DNA of 63,237 nt, filler included, from Folioceros fuciformis (taxonomy: Eukaryota): assembly GCA_049999805.1 (NCBI GenBank). It is 10 parts of 10 records of this genome, joined end to end, with 100 filler letters (N's around TTAATTAATTAA, not from the genome) between each part and the next. Parts side by side here need not be neighbours in the genome. Positions count along the whole stretch, not along the records: positions 1 to 11,883 come from JBNGIO010000972.1; 9 more parts are not named here. One strand, written 5' to 3'. Made by a program: the position numbers and the translations under genes. Below the pieces are notes generated by a model that saw nothing but the letters and a program-made list of their open reading frames with translations, was not told the DNA's origin and made no database searches. Of this stretch, positions 1-11,983 are shown piece by piece. How positions within the stretch are numbered: position 1 is the stretch's first letter; the number at the start of each line of letters is the position of its first letter.

Positions 1-550
1 AGGCATCTTCAAGTGTGCTGTCAGTGATTTGGCTTCGAAGCAGGTTTCCTTGCTAGTAGCCTTTGAGGGGGGGGGGGGGGGGTGGCCTTTTTGGCCATGG
101 AGGCCTTTGCTCAAACTGCTGAGCTCTCTTGGCTTCAATTTTGGCCTCTCATTCTTTGCTGTTAAATTCTCATCTTCTTGAAAGTTTTATCTCTAGCGTT
201 GAGAAGGTCGTTTTCCCTTTACAAGTATCCCTTAGGCAAGCTAGGGACTCTTTACCGTTGGAAGCTCATGAGACTCTACCTCTTTTCACCTCCTTTTTCC
301 ACGGAAGGGTTGAGGAGTCTTTAAGCCTCCCTCATACAAAAGCGATATGTCCAAGCACTAAGAGCCCTTCTTTTGAACTCATCCATCCCTAGGTCTTCCC
401 GAGCTCATATTCACTCTTGTTCAAGTAAGGGAGCAAGCTCTTGGCTTTTAGCTCGACCTTACATCCAAGCATTTCAGGTTGGTCAGGTTGTTCCTCTATC
501 CTTAGAATAGATAGTACTTTCCATCTCTTTTTCAATAATAAAAAATAATC
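1..550 (+). mobile_element. Internally deleted relic of a CRE-like non-LTR retrotransposon, including its 3' end and A/AAT-rich tail
   Basis: 1-428 is homologous to the reverse complement of about 46081-46510 (e.g. ccaagcactaagagccc vs gggctcttagtgcttgg). About 483-550 is the 3'-terminal motif also found, inverted, at 32815, 35510 and 45080, ending in caataataaaaaataat. Confidence 0.7.
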
Positions 551-621
551 TTATTTGAAGGGGTAGTTAGGTTTTTCCATCTTTTGTTTTTAAATAAATA
601 AGAAACACCCTAAACCAAACA

Positions 622-720
622 AAAGTTTTACGTTGATAATCTATAAAGATAAGATTTGTATAATTTCTAGTGAGAAGTTTTATGTTGATAATCTATAAAG
701 ATAAAACTTTTATAATTTTC
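622..720. repeat. Two-copy tandem duplication, about 45-50 bp, AT-rich
   Basis: aagtttta(c/t)gttgataatctataaagataa...tataattt occurs twice. Confidence 0.7.
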
Positions 721-3186
721 GGTGAGCACCGTGGCTAAAATGAGGCTTCTAGGCGATTCCCAAAGAGGGGAAAAAAAAAGAAAAGAAAGGCATCTAAGGG
801 TATATCCTATACATACCCCGTGTGAAAACCCTAAAATATCCCAACCCCGCGATAGCCTTATAGATATATCTACCTACATACAGATACAGATGGTTTTCGG
901 ATGGTACAGACATTTAAACGTACATGTACCTGGTGGTGAAGGGTTGGGAAGCCAAGTTGTTGATCTCATGCCCACGTGCCACGACACCCAATCACGTGTG
1001 ATGGAGGTGCAGAATACGCGAACGATTGGCTACTTGAGATTATCTTCTGACAGCTCCTTACCTAAGAATTCCATATCGGTACAGCACGTACTGAGCCATC
1101 TCCTTGATGCCAGCCGGAGCTGTAGGATTGTCTCTTACGAGATACGCGCACCTCGTTTCCGGAATCGTTTACAAAGCCGTTGAAGGCACTCTTATTTCAA
1201 TTTGTGCACCTTCGAGTATCCGAGAATCGGCTGCCTCCAGCTCGCATGGTGCAAGGTCGGGCCGGGCCATCATAGTTTTTGACTTGTCCTGGTCTTTCTC
1301 TCTTCACCAAGTGCGTCGATGGACATCTGCTGGGGAGTCGACGCTGCATGCAGCCTGCAGACACATCTTCAGACCTCAGGACTCCTTCTTGCCCAACCTT
1401 ATGCTTTCAATTCCAATACCCGAGTATCACGTGCTTGGATAACATACTCAAGCAAGAAAAGTACCTGCAAGCCCGTTCCAACCTCTCTCATTGACATTTG
1501 GACATTCAATCGAAGATCGAAAAAAAAAGCCTTTCTGAATCCTGTTGCTAGCTTTCACATCAGAGTGCAATTCGTCCGCACCATAACTCTCCAGAAGGCG
1601 GGCGGCTCCGCTTCAACATAAGCCTCCTGGACTTTCTTGCCGGAAGTCAGGAGACACGAACTCGGTTCCCAAAAAGCTGTTGCCAACAGAAAAACAATGA
1701 CCAAGACGTGTGAACAACTCCGCAGTTCATGTGCCCGAGAGCCCTGGATACCATCGAACAAGCCGCCATGCATCCACACTAACAGGAAAACGAATCAAGG
1801 AATAAGCACAAGGAACGGAACTTTACGGAGGCCTTCCCTAGCACGGATGTCGAGAAAGGACGAAGATCGTAACCACCGGACAAGTTCCAGGCTTGGCAAA
1901 AAGCCAAGCAAGCAGTCTCATCAGCACTTGCCAGGGCTAGAGGCCACTAGTACGCTTTAAAAGAATTCATCATCTTGTGTAGTGGCATGCATGATAAGAC
2001 TACGTTACTACAACCATGGCCAAATCACAGCAAATGAGAAGAGGCGAGAGTGAGGTCACGAAGAACCTGGAATCATGAATGCCGCAATTCGAAACACGGC
2101 ATCATGGGAGAGGGAAGAGAAAACCCTCAATCCAAGGGCGGGTCGTGCATGGCGCAGTTTGGCACGATGTTTGGCAGGAGGGGAAAGCGCAAACCCCAAA
2201 ACCCCGGTCATTGGCGATTGGGTCTCCGCGCGCGTTTCCCTCCGAGATTCTTTGCACCGAAAGAAACGTGCTTGGCAGGAGCACGCGCGGCCAGGCAGGC
2301 CGGTGGACACACACTGCCTCGCATTACGCGGCAGATGCAGGCATTACACAGCGGAGCGGGATTAGGCGGAGACTGCATTCAAGAAGGAGGGCGGTCAGGA
2401 CGCAGTGCTCGCTGCGCCGGCATTGGACGAGAAAGCAGCCGTAGGATCAAGAAAGCACGTAAACCCTGGCTCGCTCAAGCTTGTCCGTAAGCTAATCCGC
2501 TCTGCCACAAGCCTGATCCGCAACAGAGCACGGAGCAGACTGTGTAGTGCTGCGGAGACATACTTTATTGCAAGGTGCCCTCTGAGGAGGGAGAAGAGAG
2601 GTGATCCGAGCTCGCATTTTTTTTTGTTCTGTCTTTGCTTTCCTGCCGCTGCGTCTGCACCTGCTCCTGTTCCTGCAACCGCACTGGAGTGGCAGGAGTA
2701 TCGTGCTAGTCCGCTGAGAGAGGAGGCAGAATGAACCGGCTACTCTTTCCGGTTTGCGTGCCCTGCGTGGCTCAGCCCGGGGTTTGCGGCCTGGAAGAGC
2801 GGCAATGGCGTCCCTTCCGCCTCTGCCGGGCAGGGAGGGATAGCAAACCGGATTTCTGATCTGCTTGCCGAGCCTCGAGGCATTGCGCCCGGGCTGCCTC
2901 CGAAAGGCATGCTGGCGGCGGATGCGCAATCTTGTAGCGACTGAGTCGGTGGAGGAAGGAAGTGCACAGGTTGTTGCTCAGAGCTGGAGCTTTTAGACAA
3001 GGTAGCAGTTGGGGCGGAATGCTGGGTAGAGGAGCGGTCGATCGCCGCCCTGTCGACCTAGGATCTCCGGTGCTGTCTGCAGACGGAATCTTGAGGCTTG
3101 GCTGTGAGTTCACTCTCAAGCCATGACTCGGAGGTGTCTGGTGTCAGCGATATGGTATCAGCTGTCTCAGGCGAGAGCCTGCTGAT

Positions 3187-6050
3187 ATGGAGAATGAGGC
3201 TGGTAGGACACTTCATGAAACGCCAAACACTGGAGCTCTTCCACAAGACAAGGATGGCGGTGAACCTGCAACCCCTGCAGCCACAGCCGCGCGCACAGGA
3301 CAGCACCATCACCAGCATGTCGGTCTCCGGGTGAGACGGGCCATTCTGGCAGGACGCCGGGCGGGCCCTAGCACGCCGGTTCCCAGCTGGAAGCTCTATG
3401 AGAATCCATTCTATGACGGTATCGCAGCGGCAGCGGCAGCAGCAGCTGCAAGGCACAAGGGCTTGCACCGCCGTAGTAGTGGGGCAGGATCTGGAGCATC
3501 GTCAGGAGCTCCTATTTCGGCTCGCACTTTGGCTGCAACGCTTTGGGAGTTGCAAGACCTCCCCTCACTAACTGCCGGCAAGAAAAATAGTCCCGTCCCT
3601 GCCATGAGCTCCCATGTACGTCGACCCAGCCCCCTACACGTCAGGCAGGGCCGTGATGGCAGCCCACTTCATGCAATGGGCCATGGCGTCCTGGGAGCTG
3701 AGTCACCCTCACCTTCGAAATCATCCATGCAGCCCTCCAGCAAGGTGCTGTCCACCTTCTTAGTTGTCCTAAGCCCTCTGATGGGTTCTATTCCGATTAC
3801 TCTTGCTTGCACAGCCGGTGGACAAGCATGTCGAAATTTCAGGGTGCTACACGGGTGTTTTTCTTTTACGGAGGAATAGATCTCTGAAGTTTGGTTTGAC
3901 CTTTTTTTTGTTTCTCGTCTTGCAGTTGTCTGAAGCCACCCTAAGGAGTGCGAATTCCAGTAGACAAGCAGCAGCCATGAGGTCGCATGTTCACAGACTT
4001 CTGGAGAAGAGAGAACCTAAGTTATCACCTTGTGTATTATCTCCCACAAATGGCAGCACCTCGCCTATGGTACGCACTGTCTAGAAACGGCGTGTGTTCT
4101 AACTCATCTTACTTCTGAATGTCCACGTTTCCGTTCTGTGTTTCATTCCTCGTACTCTTAAATGCCCTATCCCTTGTGTACGTGTGGGATTCTCAGATCG
4201 AGCCACAAAGACAAGCCGTGTCCCCGCCAGCAGCAGTTGAAAGGAAACTGAAATTTCCTGAAGCGGATCATCCCACAACGTCGAGTGAGCTGTTGAAAGT
4301 TCTGAATCGAATTCGTGATCTGGAAGAGCAACACAATACAAGTACCTCTATGGTCGCTGCTCTTAGGATTGAGGCAGAGCACTCTCGAAGCCGCATTCAG
4401 GAGCTTGAGAAAGCTTTGAAATCCTCGAGAAGGGAGACTGACAGCCTTTTAAAAAAAATCGCAGAAGAGAGGATGCACTGGCAAGCCAAAGAGCAAGATA
4501 GGATCAGGGCTGCTGTTGTGTCGCTTAAGGAACAGGTCGATGAGGAAAGGAAAGGGCGAAGGAGGATGGACATTGTAAATCGGAAAATCGCCAGAGAGCT
4601 TGCAGAATGCAACATGGCTCTAGCTAAAGCTTTACAGGATCTAGACAGAGAACGGAAAGCCCGGGAGCTGATGGAGGACGTTTGCGATGAGCTAGCTCGA
4701 GAGATTGGTGAGGATAAAGCAGAGGTGGAGGAGTTGAGACGTGAATCTGCCAAGGTGCGGGAGGAAGTGGAAGAGGAACGCAAGATGCTGCAGATGGCAG
4801 AGGTGTGGAGAGAAGAGAGGGTCCAAATGAAGCTTGGTGAAGCCAGGCTGGAGCTGGAGGAGAGGAATGATGCGCTAGATCATTTAAGGGGTCAGCTTGA
4901 GGCTTTTCTGAGGTCAAGGAAGGTTTCTTCAGAAGCTGGAGGGCCTTCAACAAACCAAGTGGATGTGGAGGAAGCAGAAAAGCTGAGAGATGCTGTGACA
5001 ATCATACAGCTGCAGGAAACCAAGGCTTTGTCAGGCAGAGGAGACATAGTCGATGACATGGGTTCTCTGGATGACGATGTCCACACCATTGAACTAAGCA
5101 GAGATGGACACGCACAACAGCAAAGGGGTTGGACAGAAAGGCGAGGTGGGCAGCATGAGAGAGAGGTTGGGGGTCAGGCCTTCCAAGGTGCAAGCATGGA
5201 CAGCCGATGGGAGGACGACGATTCTAGCCATGTTAGTGTGGACGACGGCAGTGCTAGAGAATGGATTTATACTGAGAGCGGTGTTATAGAAAGACGTAAT
5301 GGTGTGGAATGGCGTGTGGGAAGTAGAGGCAGCAGAAAGCGGAAAGAGGAGGAAACAGATGCGGAGGGCGAGAGGGAAGAGGGAGACAGGGAGGAGGAAG
5401 AGGGAGACAGGGAGGAAGAGGAGGGAGACAGGGAAGAGGAAGAAGAGGGAGACAGGGAAGAGGAAGAGGGAGACAGGGAGGACGAAGAGGGAGACAGGCG
5501 GGAGGAAGAGGTTGATGGTGAGAACAGTGGTGACGACGATGCTGATGAAGACGATGATGAAGAAAGTCAATGGGAAAGTGCAAGTGAAGAAGATGAAGTG
5601 GACGGTCGTGTGTTCTCAAGGAGGAATGGACGCACTGAAGATCTGTCCACCAGGAGCGCTGACCCTGGACCGAGGAGTGTGACGGACACCACTTTGGAAT
5701 CAAATCCATCGGAGGCCTGGACGATTAATCGGAGTGCTATCATGGACAACTCGTCAAGATTCCAAGACGACGACAGGATGACCTCAAGCCAAATGGATTC
5801 GTCCAGAGAGTTCTTACATCAAGTAGATTCATCCAGGGAGTTTTCTGGCCAGTGTGACTATTCCACAGACTTCGTGACTCCATTCTCGCAGGATGCTTCT
5901 GGAGCTGGCTCAGGGTTTGCGCAGTCCAGCCCAAAGGTGCGATCCGAAGGAACGTGGGAGTCAAGTGACTTCTTGAACTCACAGCAACAGCAACAGCAGC
6001 AGAAAGGGGGCAGGTCCATGAAGGCATTCGTGGAGTGGCCAAAGGGCTAA
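3187..6050 (+). CDS. BRANCHLESS TRICHOME-like (At5g41620-type) long coiled-coil protein; exons about 3187-3744, 3926-4069, 4197-6050
   Basis: Family motifs TPVPSWKL, ISARTLAATLWEL, SSELLKVLNRI, ERKARELMEDVCDELAREIGEDKAEVE, EERKMLQMAEVWREERVQMKL, and C-terminal MKAFVEWPKG. Phase-0 GT-AG introns join the three ORFs in frame. Confidence 0.85.
5370..5510 (+). repeat. Coding minisatellite (about 18-21 bp unit gaggaagagggagacagg) encoding EEEGDR repeats
   Basis: About 6 copies of GDREEE(E) are directly visible. Confidence 0.9.
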
Positions 6051-6508
6051 CGGGAGATGTAGAGTGGGAGCAGGACCACACACGAAGAGAGGAATTTCGA
6101 AGTCAACCTGGATGCCCCTCAACCCTGGCCCCGATGGGGTCAGGGACTGTCTGGTAGCTTCCATTTTTAAGCAGTGGTGAAATTGTAACCAGTGTTCATG
6201 GCTTGTTATTTATTATTTATCCAGAGCTGTTGACAGCGTTGTGATTTAGCAGATCGTACTGTAGGTGGTGGAGTGCATGTAGGTAGACAATTTTGCAATT
6301 CTTGCTGTGTGTATCATAGTTTTCGTCTGGCTGATCTTGCAAAAAACGGAGTTTTAGCGCTTAGATTCTTCCACACAAAATAGTTCTGCGGTGGGCCAAA
6401 CTTTTTATTTTCCTGGTCACATCGCAATCCGAAATACTGAACAGAGGAGGTGCCTAATTAATAAAAAAAATGGACAAGCTGACAATACCACAACGTTGCG
6501 CCTGTCCA

Positions 6509-7897
6509 TTACGCTTCGCTGTACACCGCTGCTTGCTCCATGGCAGTCGGCACTTTCCTTTCCAGCTCGGATTCTCCATCTAGCGCCGACTGCCCTTGCA
6601 GAAGAGGATCCGTCGGCAACAGTTGGCACTGCGCATAGTTCTGCAGGAGCTGGTCGGCCAGGACCAAAGCCACCATAGCCTCCACCATGGGCACGGCTCG
6701 GGGCACTACACAGGGGTCGTGTCTCCCCCGCGCCCGCAGCTCTGTTTCTTGCCTGTCTCTGGTCACCGTCTTCTGTGCACGGGTGATGGTGGAAGTCGGC
6801 TTGAAGGCAATCCGCATCACAATCGTCTCGCCGTTGGAAATCCCGCCCTGGATCCCGCCCGACCTGTTAGTCCTCGTCCTGATGTTCCCGCCGGTGTCGA
6901 GATAGAACTCATCATTGTGCTCACTACCCGTGAGCAGTGTGCCGGCAAATCCACTCCCAATCTCAAACCCCTTGGTGGCCGGGAGAGACATCACAGCCTT
7001 GGCCAGCTCCGCCTCCAGCTTATCGAAAACAGGGGACCCTAAACCCCGCGGCACGTTCCGCGCGATGCAGGTCACTACTCCTCCGACAGAGTCCCCCTTC
7101 ACCCGCACCTTGTCGATGGCGCCGATCATCTTCTCAGCGTACCCGGCATCCGGGCACCGGCAGATGTTGCTTTCAATCTGCTCCAGTGTCAGGCTGCTGT
7201 GGTCTACGATCCCTTCGGGAAGCTCCACCTGGTGAACTCTGGACACGTAGGCCAGCACCTCCGTCCCCGTCTGCAGCTTCAGCAACTTCTTGGCGACCGC
7301 TCCGGCGGCCACCCTCCCTATCGTCTCCCTGGCCGAGGACCTTCCCCCACCCTGCACCGCCCGGACACCGTACTTGAAGTCATACGTAGCGTCCGCGTGA
7401 GACGGCCTGTACGCCAGGCTCATCTCGGAGTAATCTCCTCCACGTTGGTCGGTGTTGGGAACCGAGACGGCTATGGGAGTTCCCAGAGTGAGACCGTCCC
7501 CCACTCCGGATAGGATCTTGCACGTATCCGTCTCCTTCCGAGGCGTGGTGATCCGGGATTGCCCCGGCCGCCTCCTGTCCAGCTCCACCTGCATATCCGC
7601 TTCAGAGAGGGGGATCCTGGGCGGGACCCCGTCGATCACACACCCTACCCCACCTCCGTGAGACTCCCCGAACGTCGTCACACGGAAGGCGTTCCCGAAT
7701 GTGTTCCCCACGCCTGCGCGCACCTCCAGCCGCCGCCTGCTGATAGAGAGTCCCGGGAGGGAGAGCCGCTTCGCCATGGTGAGCCACGGGCCCGAGGCCC
7801 GCAAACCCTGGCCTTCCAAGCACAGCCTGAACGAGGGGGAAGAGGAGGATGCTGAGACATCCGCAGCCACTGCCTGACCGGCCACCACAGAGGTCAT
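6509..7897 (-). CDS. aroC: Chorismate synthase, plastid-targeted, intronless CDS (462 aa)
   Basis: [52 protein letters not shown] and RGRHDPCV signatures. Ser/Ala/Arg-rich N-terminal transit peptide from the ATG at 7897. Confidence 0.97.
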   Translation of the reverse strand: MTSVVAGQAVAADVSASSSSPSFRLCLEGQGLRASGPWLTMAKRLSLPGLSISRRRLEVRAGVGNTFGNAFRVTTFGESHGGGVGCVIDGVPPRIPLSEADMQVELDRRRPGQSRITTPRKETDTCKILSGVGDGLTLGTPIAVSVPNTDQRGGDYSEMSLAYRPSHADATYDFKYGVRAVQGGGRSSARETIGRVAAGAVAKKLLKLQTGTEVLAYVSRVHQVELPEGIVDHSSLTLEQIESNICRCPDAGYAEKMIGAIDKVRVKGDSVGGVVTCIARNVPRGLGSPVFDKLEAELAKAVMSLPATKGFEIGSGFAGTLLTGSEHNDEFYLDTGGNIRTRTNRSGGIQGGISNGETIVMRIAFKPTSTITRAQKTVTRDRQETELRARGRHDPCVVPRAVPMVEAMVALVLADQLLQNYAQCQLLPTDPLLQGQSALDGESELERKVPTAMEQAAVYSEA

Positions 7898-8352
7898 GCT
7901 GGAGACGCTAACAGCACCACCTACATGTGCTCGATTCTCGAGCAAAACCTGCAGAATGGAAGGAGATTGGCAATGCAGCTGTCAGAAGCGGCAGGAACGG
8001 GTAGAGAAGTATTCGTCGGGAGACACAACTTCCTTCACAATTTGAGGAATTCGTCTTAAGAAGAAGTGGCAGCAGAGGAGACGAGACGAGACGTATCAAA
8101 GATTCCGTGCCTGATTGCTCGCGTGTTGTGTGTGCTTGTCACAGCGACAGCGTGAAGCAATTCCCGACCAGGAATAATTGAAGAGAGAGAGTGGGGAGAG
8201 CCCTGATTGTAGAGAGTGGGGGCAGTAAGTCTGGACCTGGCTCGAGCTTGGGTTTGGTTGACCTGAGAGGGGGTTAAGGAGACCGGAGAACCCGGTTTGG
8301 GAAAAGTTCTGTTCTGCGCTGCGACAGTTGGAGCAGGCTGGCTTATGGATCC

Positions 8353-10322
8353 ATGGACAGCATCGGAAGTATCCTGGTGCGGGAGCTTGGTGACATCAAC
8401 AGGCTGATAGCCGGCACGGAGAAGGAGGTTGCTGAAGCTGTGGAGCAGTCTGACAAATGGCTGCGAGTCAGAGAAGAAGACAAGGATTGGCAGCGGGATC
8501 AGACATTGGCTACCACAAAAATTGCCTTTTATGCGCAAAGAGAGAGGAGCATCAGGAAAAATCTCAAGATTCAGATGAAGATCAAGCGAGTGCTGCTAGA
8601 CCGGTTGACGGAACCAGGTACTTGGTGTGCTGTGAATTGACCTAATTGGGATGTGTGAAGATGGATTTCATCTCATGCCTGCTGTTGCGGCTGTTTGATT
8701 GCAGGCAGGGGCGGGCTTACAGCTTTGCCGACGACGCTGGGTAAGTATCTGCAATGTGGTTCACGCAAGCACGCACGCACGCACTGCTCGCCGGCTTGTG
8801 CACAAATTCCTTTTGACAGCCAACTTTCAAATGAGTAGATGTGGATGTACGGGACCGCAGCAGAGAGCTAGCGGTGGCTTTGATACAACCGTTTCAGGAG
8901 GCACCAGCCACTTCTGCTCAGTTGAAGGCTGCAATGGCAGCAGGGCTGCTGGAAAAGCTGCCTGTTTCAGACAGGCTGTTCCCTATCTTGTGGCTGGATG
9001 ACTGGCAGCTGACTGGCAAGTTTTTCATCCAAAGACGGCAGTATCATGCGGACCGGCTGGAGTTTCTCATGGACGACATCCTGGATGAGCCATGCAGCAA
9101 CAGCGAAGAGAAGGAGGTGATGAACCAGTTTGTGTGGGACTCGTTTTTCTACCGAGTTTGGACCAAGCTGGTGTCTCTGTTGGAGCTAGGGGGCACAGTC
9201 ACTGCCTACCGCAATTTGTCAGATCTGAGGCCCGAGTTCATGCTCTTTGCCTTCAACAGACTTATGGTGAGACTGGAAGAGAGAAGGGCCCCGTCGGACA
9301 TGGACTCTGCCTTGGAGTCACTTACCCAACTCAATGACGTCCTGCCATGCTACCTCGGCCTCATCCCCTGGGTTATTGGAGTGGGTGCTGCTGGCACAAT
9401 GGTGAAGGCATGGGCTTTTGCGAATGGACAGCCACCTTTGCCTCTCTGCGAGCAGATGGATGTTTCTACCTACAGAGGGAAGTTTGAGTGCCTCAAGCTA
9501 TCCATCAACATACTACGTGCAGTCGTCTCCCTCGCGCCCTACTTTCGGACAGTGGAGTTCAAACCCTACAGGCAGGAGCACAGAAAATACGGGCCTCTGA
9601 ACAGCATCGCCAAAACAATAATCGTGGACAACGACAGAGTAAGAAAGATATTGAAGCCCTGGTCTGTGCACGTCAGTGAAGGCTTCACCAAGCTGGAGTA
9701 CGTGAGGCGGGCATACCAGGAAGTCACTGGGAGTGATCACCTGGTGAGAGGAGAATTCAAGGTTCCCAAAATGGACAGGTACCGGATGGATGTATCGCCA
9801 GTGGGGTTCGAAAGGCCTCCTAAAGACGAACAGGAGTTCAAGGACGCCGTGAAGGCTGTGCTCCATGCTCTTACTGCTCTGCACCAGGCAGGCCTCGTGC
9901 ACAGAGACATTCGGTGGAAGAAGGTGTTGCACGTGGAGGGCAAAGGGTGGATCCTGATTGGCTTGGAGACTGTGTGGAAGGCTGGGGATATGCCCCTGTG
10001 CTGGCTCCCAGGTTGGAATGATCATGTTCTGGAAGAAGACAGGTGGACTATGGGAGGCCAGATGCTAGAGGAAGGTAAGTTCACGGCCAAGTCCGACCTG
10101 TGCTTGCTTGGGAAGCTATTCGACGGATTCAGAAAGCCGTGGCCATACGGTTTCAAGCTCCCGGACTCGAGCTTCCAATATCAGGAACAATTGCTTCACA
10201 AGAAATTCGCAGATGCCGAAAATGCTCTTCAAACCTGGTGCAATATCAACACCTGGTATAAACCTAAACATGTTCCCAAGCCGGAGGGAGGTTCCCATCC
10301 TCTACCCATACTACTGAGGTGA
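8353..10322 (+). CDS. Crinkler (CRN/CR-effector)-like protein: helical header + REase-like domain + kinase-like domain; exons 8353-8617, 8705-8740, 8839-10322 (594 aa)
   Basis: RPEF..LMVRLEER (REase-like), IPWVIGVGAAG, ALHQAGLVHRDIRWKKV..WILIGLE and KSDLCLLGKL (CR-kinase-like). Two phase-1 GT-AG introns link the 88-aa helical ORF to the 493-aa ORF in frame. Confidence 0.75.
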
Positions 10323-10627
10323 AATCTAGTGTAGAGGGTAAATCCCAGTAGGTCTGATCATTCCTGGTTGCAATAACGTCGTTCCTGCTTGCCTGACGTG
10401 GAGCAACGACATGGAAGAAAGGGTGAGGGAACTTCCGTTACGCAGAAGGCTTTTAGAAACACAGAATTATGAGACATACATGATCTAACGTCGACGTAAT
10501 TATTTGTTCTCTCAAGCACCTTCCCCACAACATTCATATCTCCCCCTTAGAAGACGCGTATACGACTGGGCTTGTGCTTACCCCTAAATCTGCAGCTGAT
10601 CCTGGTAGAGGAGGCTACATCTGAATT

Positions 10628-11414
10628 TCAAGTGGTGACTAATCCGGAAACGGTGCCCAGTAGGAACCAGAGTGCCAAGAGAGACAACAAGGCGAACCAG
10701 CCGAACAGAAAGGACCAGCCTGCCAAGGCAAGACCAAGACACATGACCAGGACGACAGGACCGAAGGCTCTCACAACAGCCATGGAATTCACCCATCTAC
10801 CCTGCAACAGAACCAGGATTGCGATGTGAACCACATTCCATTTGGTAGACCCTCCGTAAGCGATTCTGTTAAGAAAGTAGGCGACAAAAGAGTGGCAATT
10901 GCATGTGAAAAAATTGTAGGAGTTATGCTGGTAGTGTTGGGTCGCAATGCGGAGGCCATCGTCCCAGGAGAGGGCGGCCGTCCCCAGCCCCGCGTGCGCC
11001 CCGGCAGATTTGCACTTGTGGGCTGACATGTTAGCGGGGAAGCAGCACTGTTGGCATCACAAGCAGGCCCAGAAACAAACCCAACACCGCGTCAGCGAGG
11101 CAGGCCTTGGAAGCCCGCTGCATGCACAGCCAAAGCCAACAAAAGCCATCCCTTACCTTGTCCGGATTCAGCCGCACGTATCTGGCCGCAGGGCCGAAGG
11201 TCAGAGTACCGATGTTGACGAAGTAGGGGCCCGCGAAGTCGCGGACGATGCCGTCCTCGCCGCACACGCCCACATGGCCCAGGATGGGACTCAGCCATGA
11301 CACGATCGGCAGTGGCGTCCACACCAGGCAGCAGGGGAATCGGGCCTTGCCAGCATCAATTGGCGCCTCACAGAGTGTCCCCCCGCCTGGCCCTGGCCAG
11401 GACTCTTCGTCCAT
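10628..11414 (-). CDS. RTE1: REVERSION-TO-ETHYLENE SENSITIVITY1-like / TMEM222 family; exons 11414-11157 and 11047-10628
   Basis: RFPCCLVWTPLPIVSWLSPILGHVG, DFAGPYFV and YNFFTCNCHSFVA motifs, C-terminal TM helices, one phase-0 GT-AG intron. Confidence 0.93.
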
Positions 11415-11719
11415 GGAACTTGAGACTTGAGGCTAAACAGGAGCTGTTGATCGCAGCCCCACGTCACGGGAAACGCACAATCCCGTTGCCGGGAATGACT
11501 CAAGGAATGCAGACTGAAGAAATTCTGGCGTTCATCAGGTCATAGTTGATATGGAGCCGGCCAGAAGTGTCGGGCAAGCACGCTGTCAAAGTCCTCAGCA
11601 GCAGCCCGTTTCACAGCCTCAGAGAGAGCACGGATGCAGTTCCGGGCTTCACTCTTCCCCTACTACCATCTCGCAGTCATTCCTCGTGGCTTACACCTCC
11701 AGCTGGTCGCTGGCAGCTG

Positions 11720-11808
11720 CCCTAAGGGTCCTAGTCCTTGCGACAAAAATAGAAATAAGAATGCCCTAAAGGGTCCAAGTCCTTGCGATAAAAATAGAAA
11801 TAAGAAAT
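11720..11808. repeat. Two-copy tandem repeat, about 43 bp
   Basis: ccctaa(a)gggtcc(t/a)agtccttgcga(c/t)aaaaatagaaataagaa occurs twice. Confidence 0.8.
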
Positions 11809-11883
11809 GAAACAAATAGATTGTTTACCCTCGTTCTGGTGTTTCGAATTTGAATGGGGAGGAGAGCACCTCGAGATGTTGGG

Positions 11884-11983
11884 NNNNNNNNNNNNNNNNN
11901 NNNNNNNNNNNNNNNNNNNNNNNNNNNTTAATTAATTAANNNNNNNNNNNNNNNNNNNNNNNNNNNNNNNNNNNNNNNNNNNN
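11884..11983. other. Artificial contig-join spacer (also at 14339-14438, 25073-25172, 31487-31586, 34360-34459, 43194-43293, 48378-48477, 55314-55413, 58568-58667)
   Basis: Identical 44 N + TTAATTAATTAA + 44 N at nine positions, with stops in all six frames. Confidence 0.98.

Noticed and set aside
700-3100. Many overlapping short ORFs upstream of the BLT-like gene
   Set aside because: No recognisable motifs or consistent exon chain; probably promoter, UTR or non-coding sequence.
5094-5709. Hydrophobic and Pro/Cys-rich antisense ORFs
   Set aside because: Shadows of the purine-rich acidic repeat on the plus strand.
11884-11983. Recurrent TTAATTAATTAA palindrome within N runs
   Set aside because: Artificial linker. 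Neighbourhood across spacers is not evidence of linkage, and ORFs ending in XXXLIN are artefacts.
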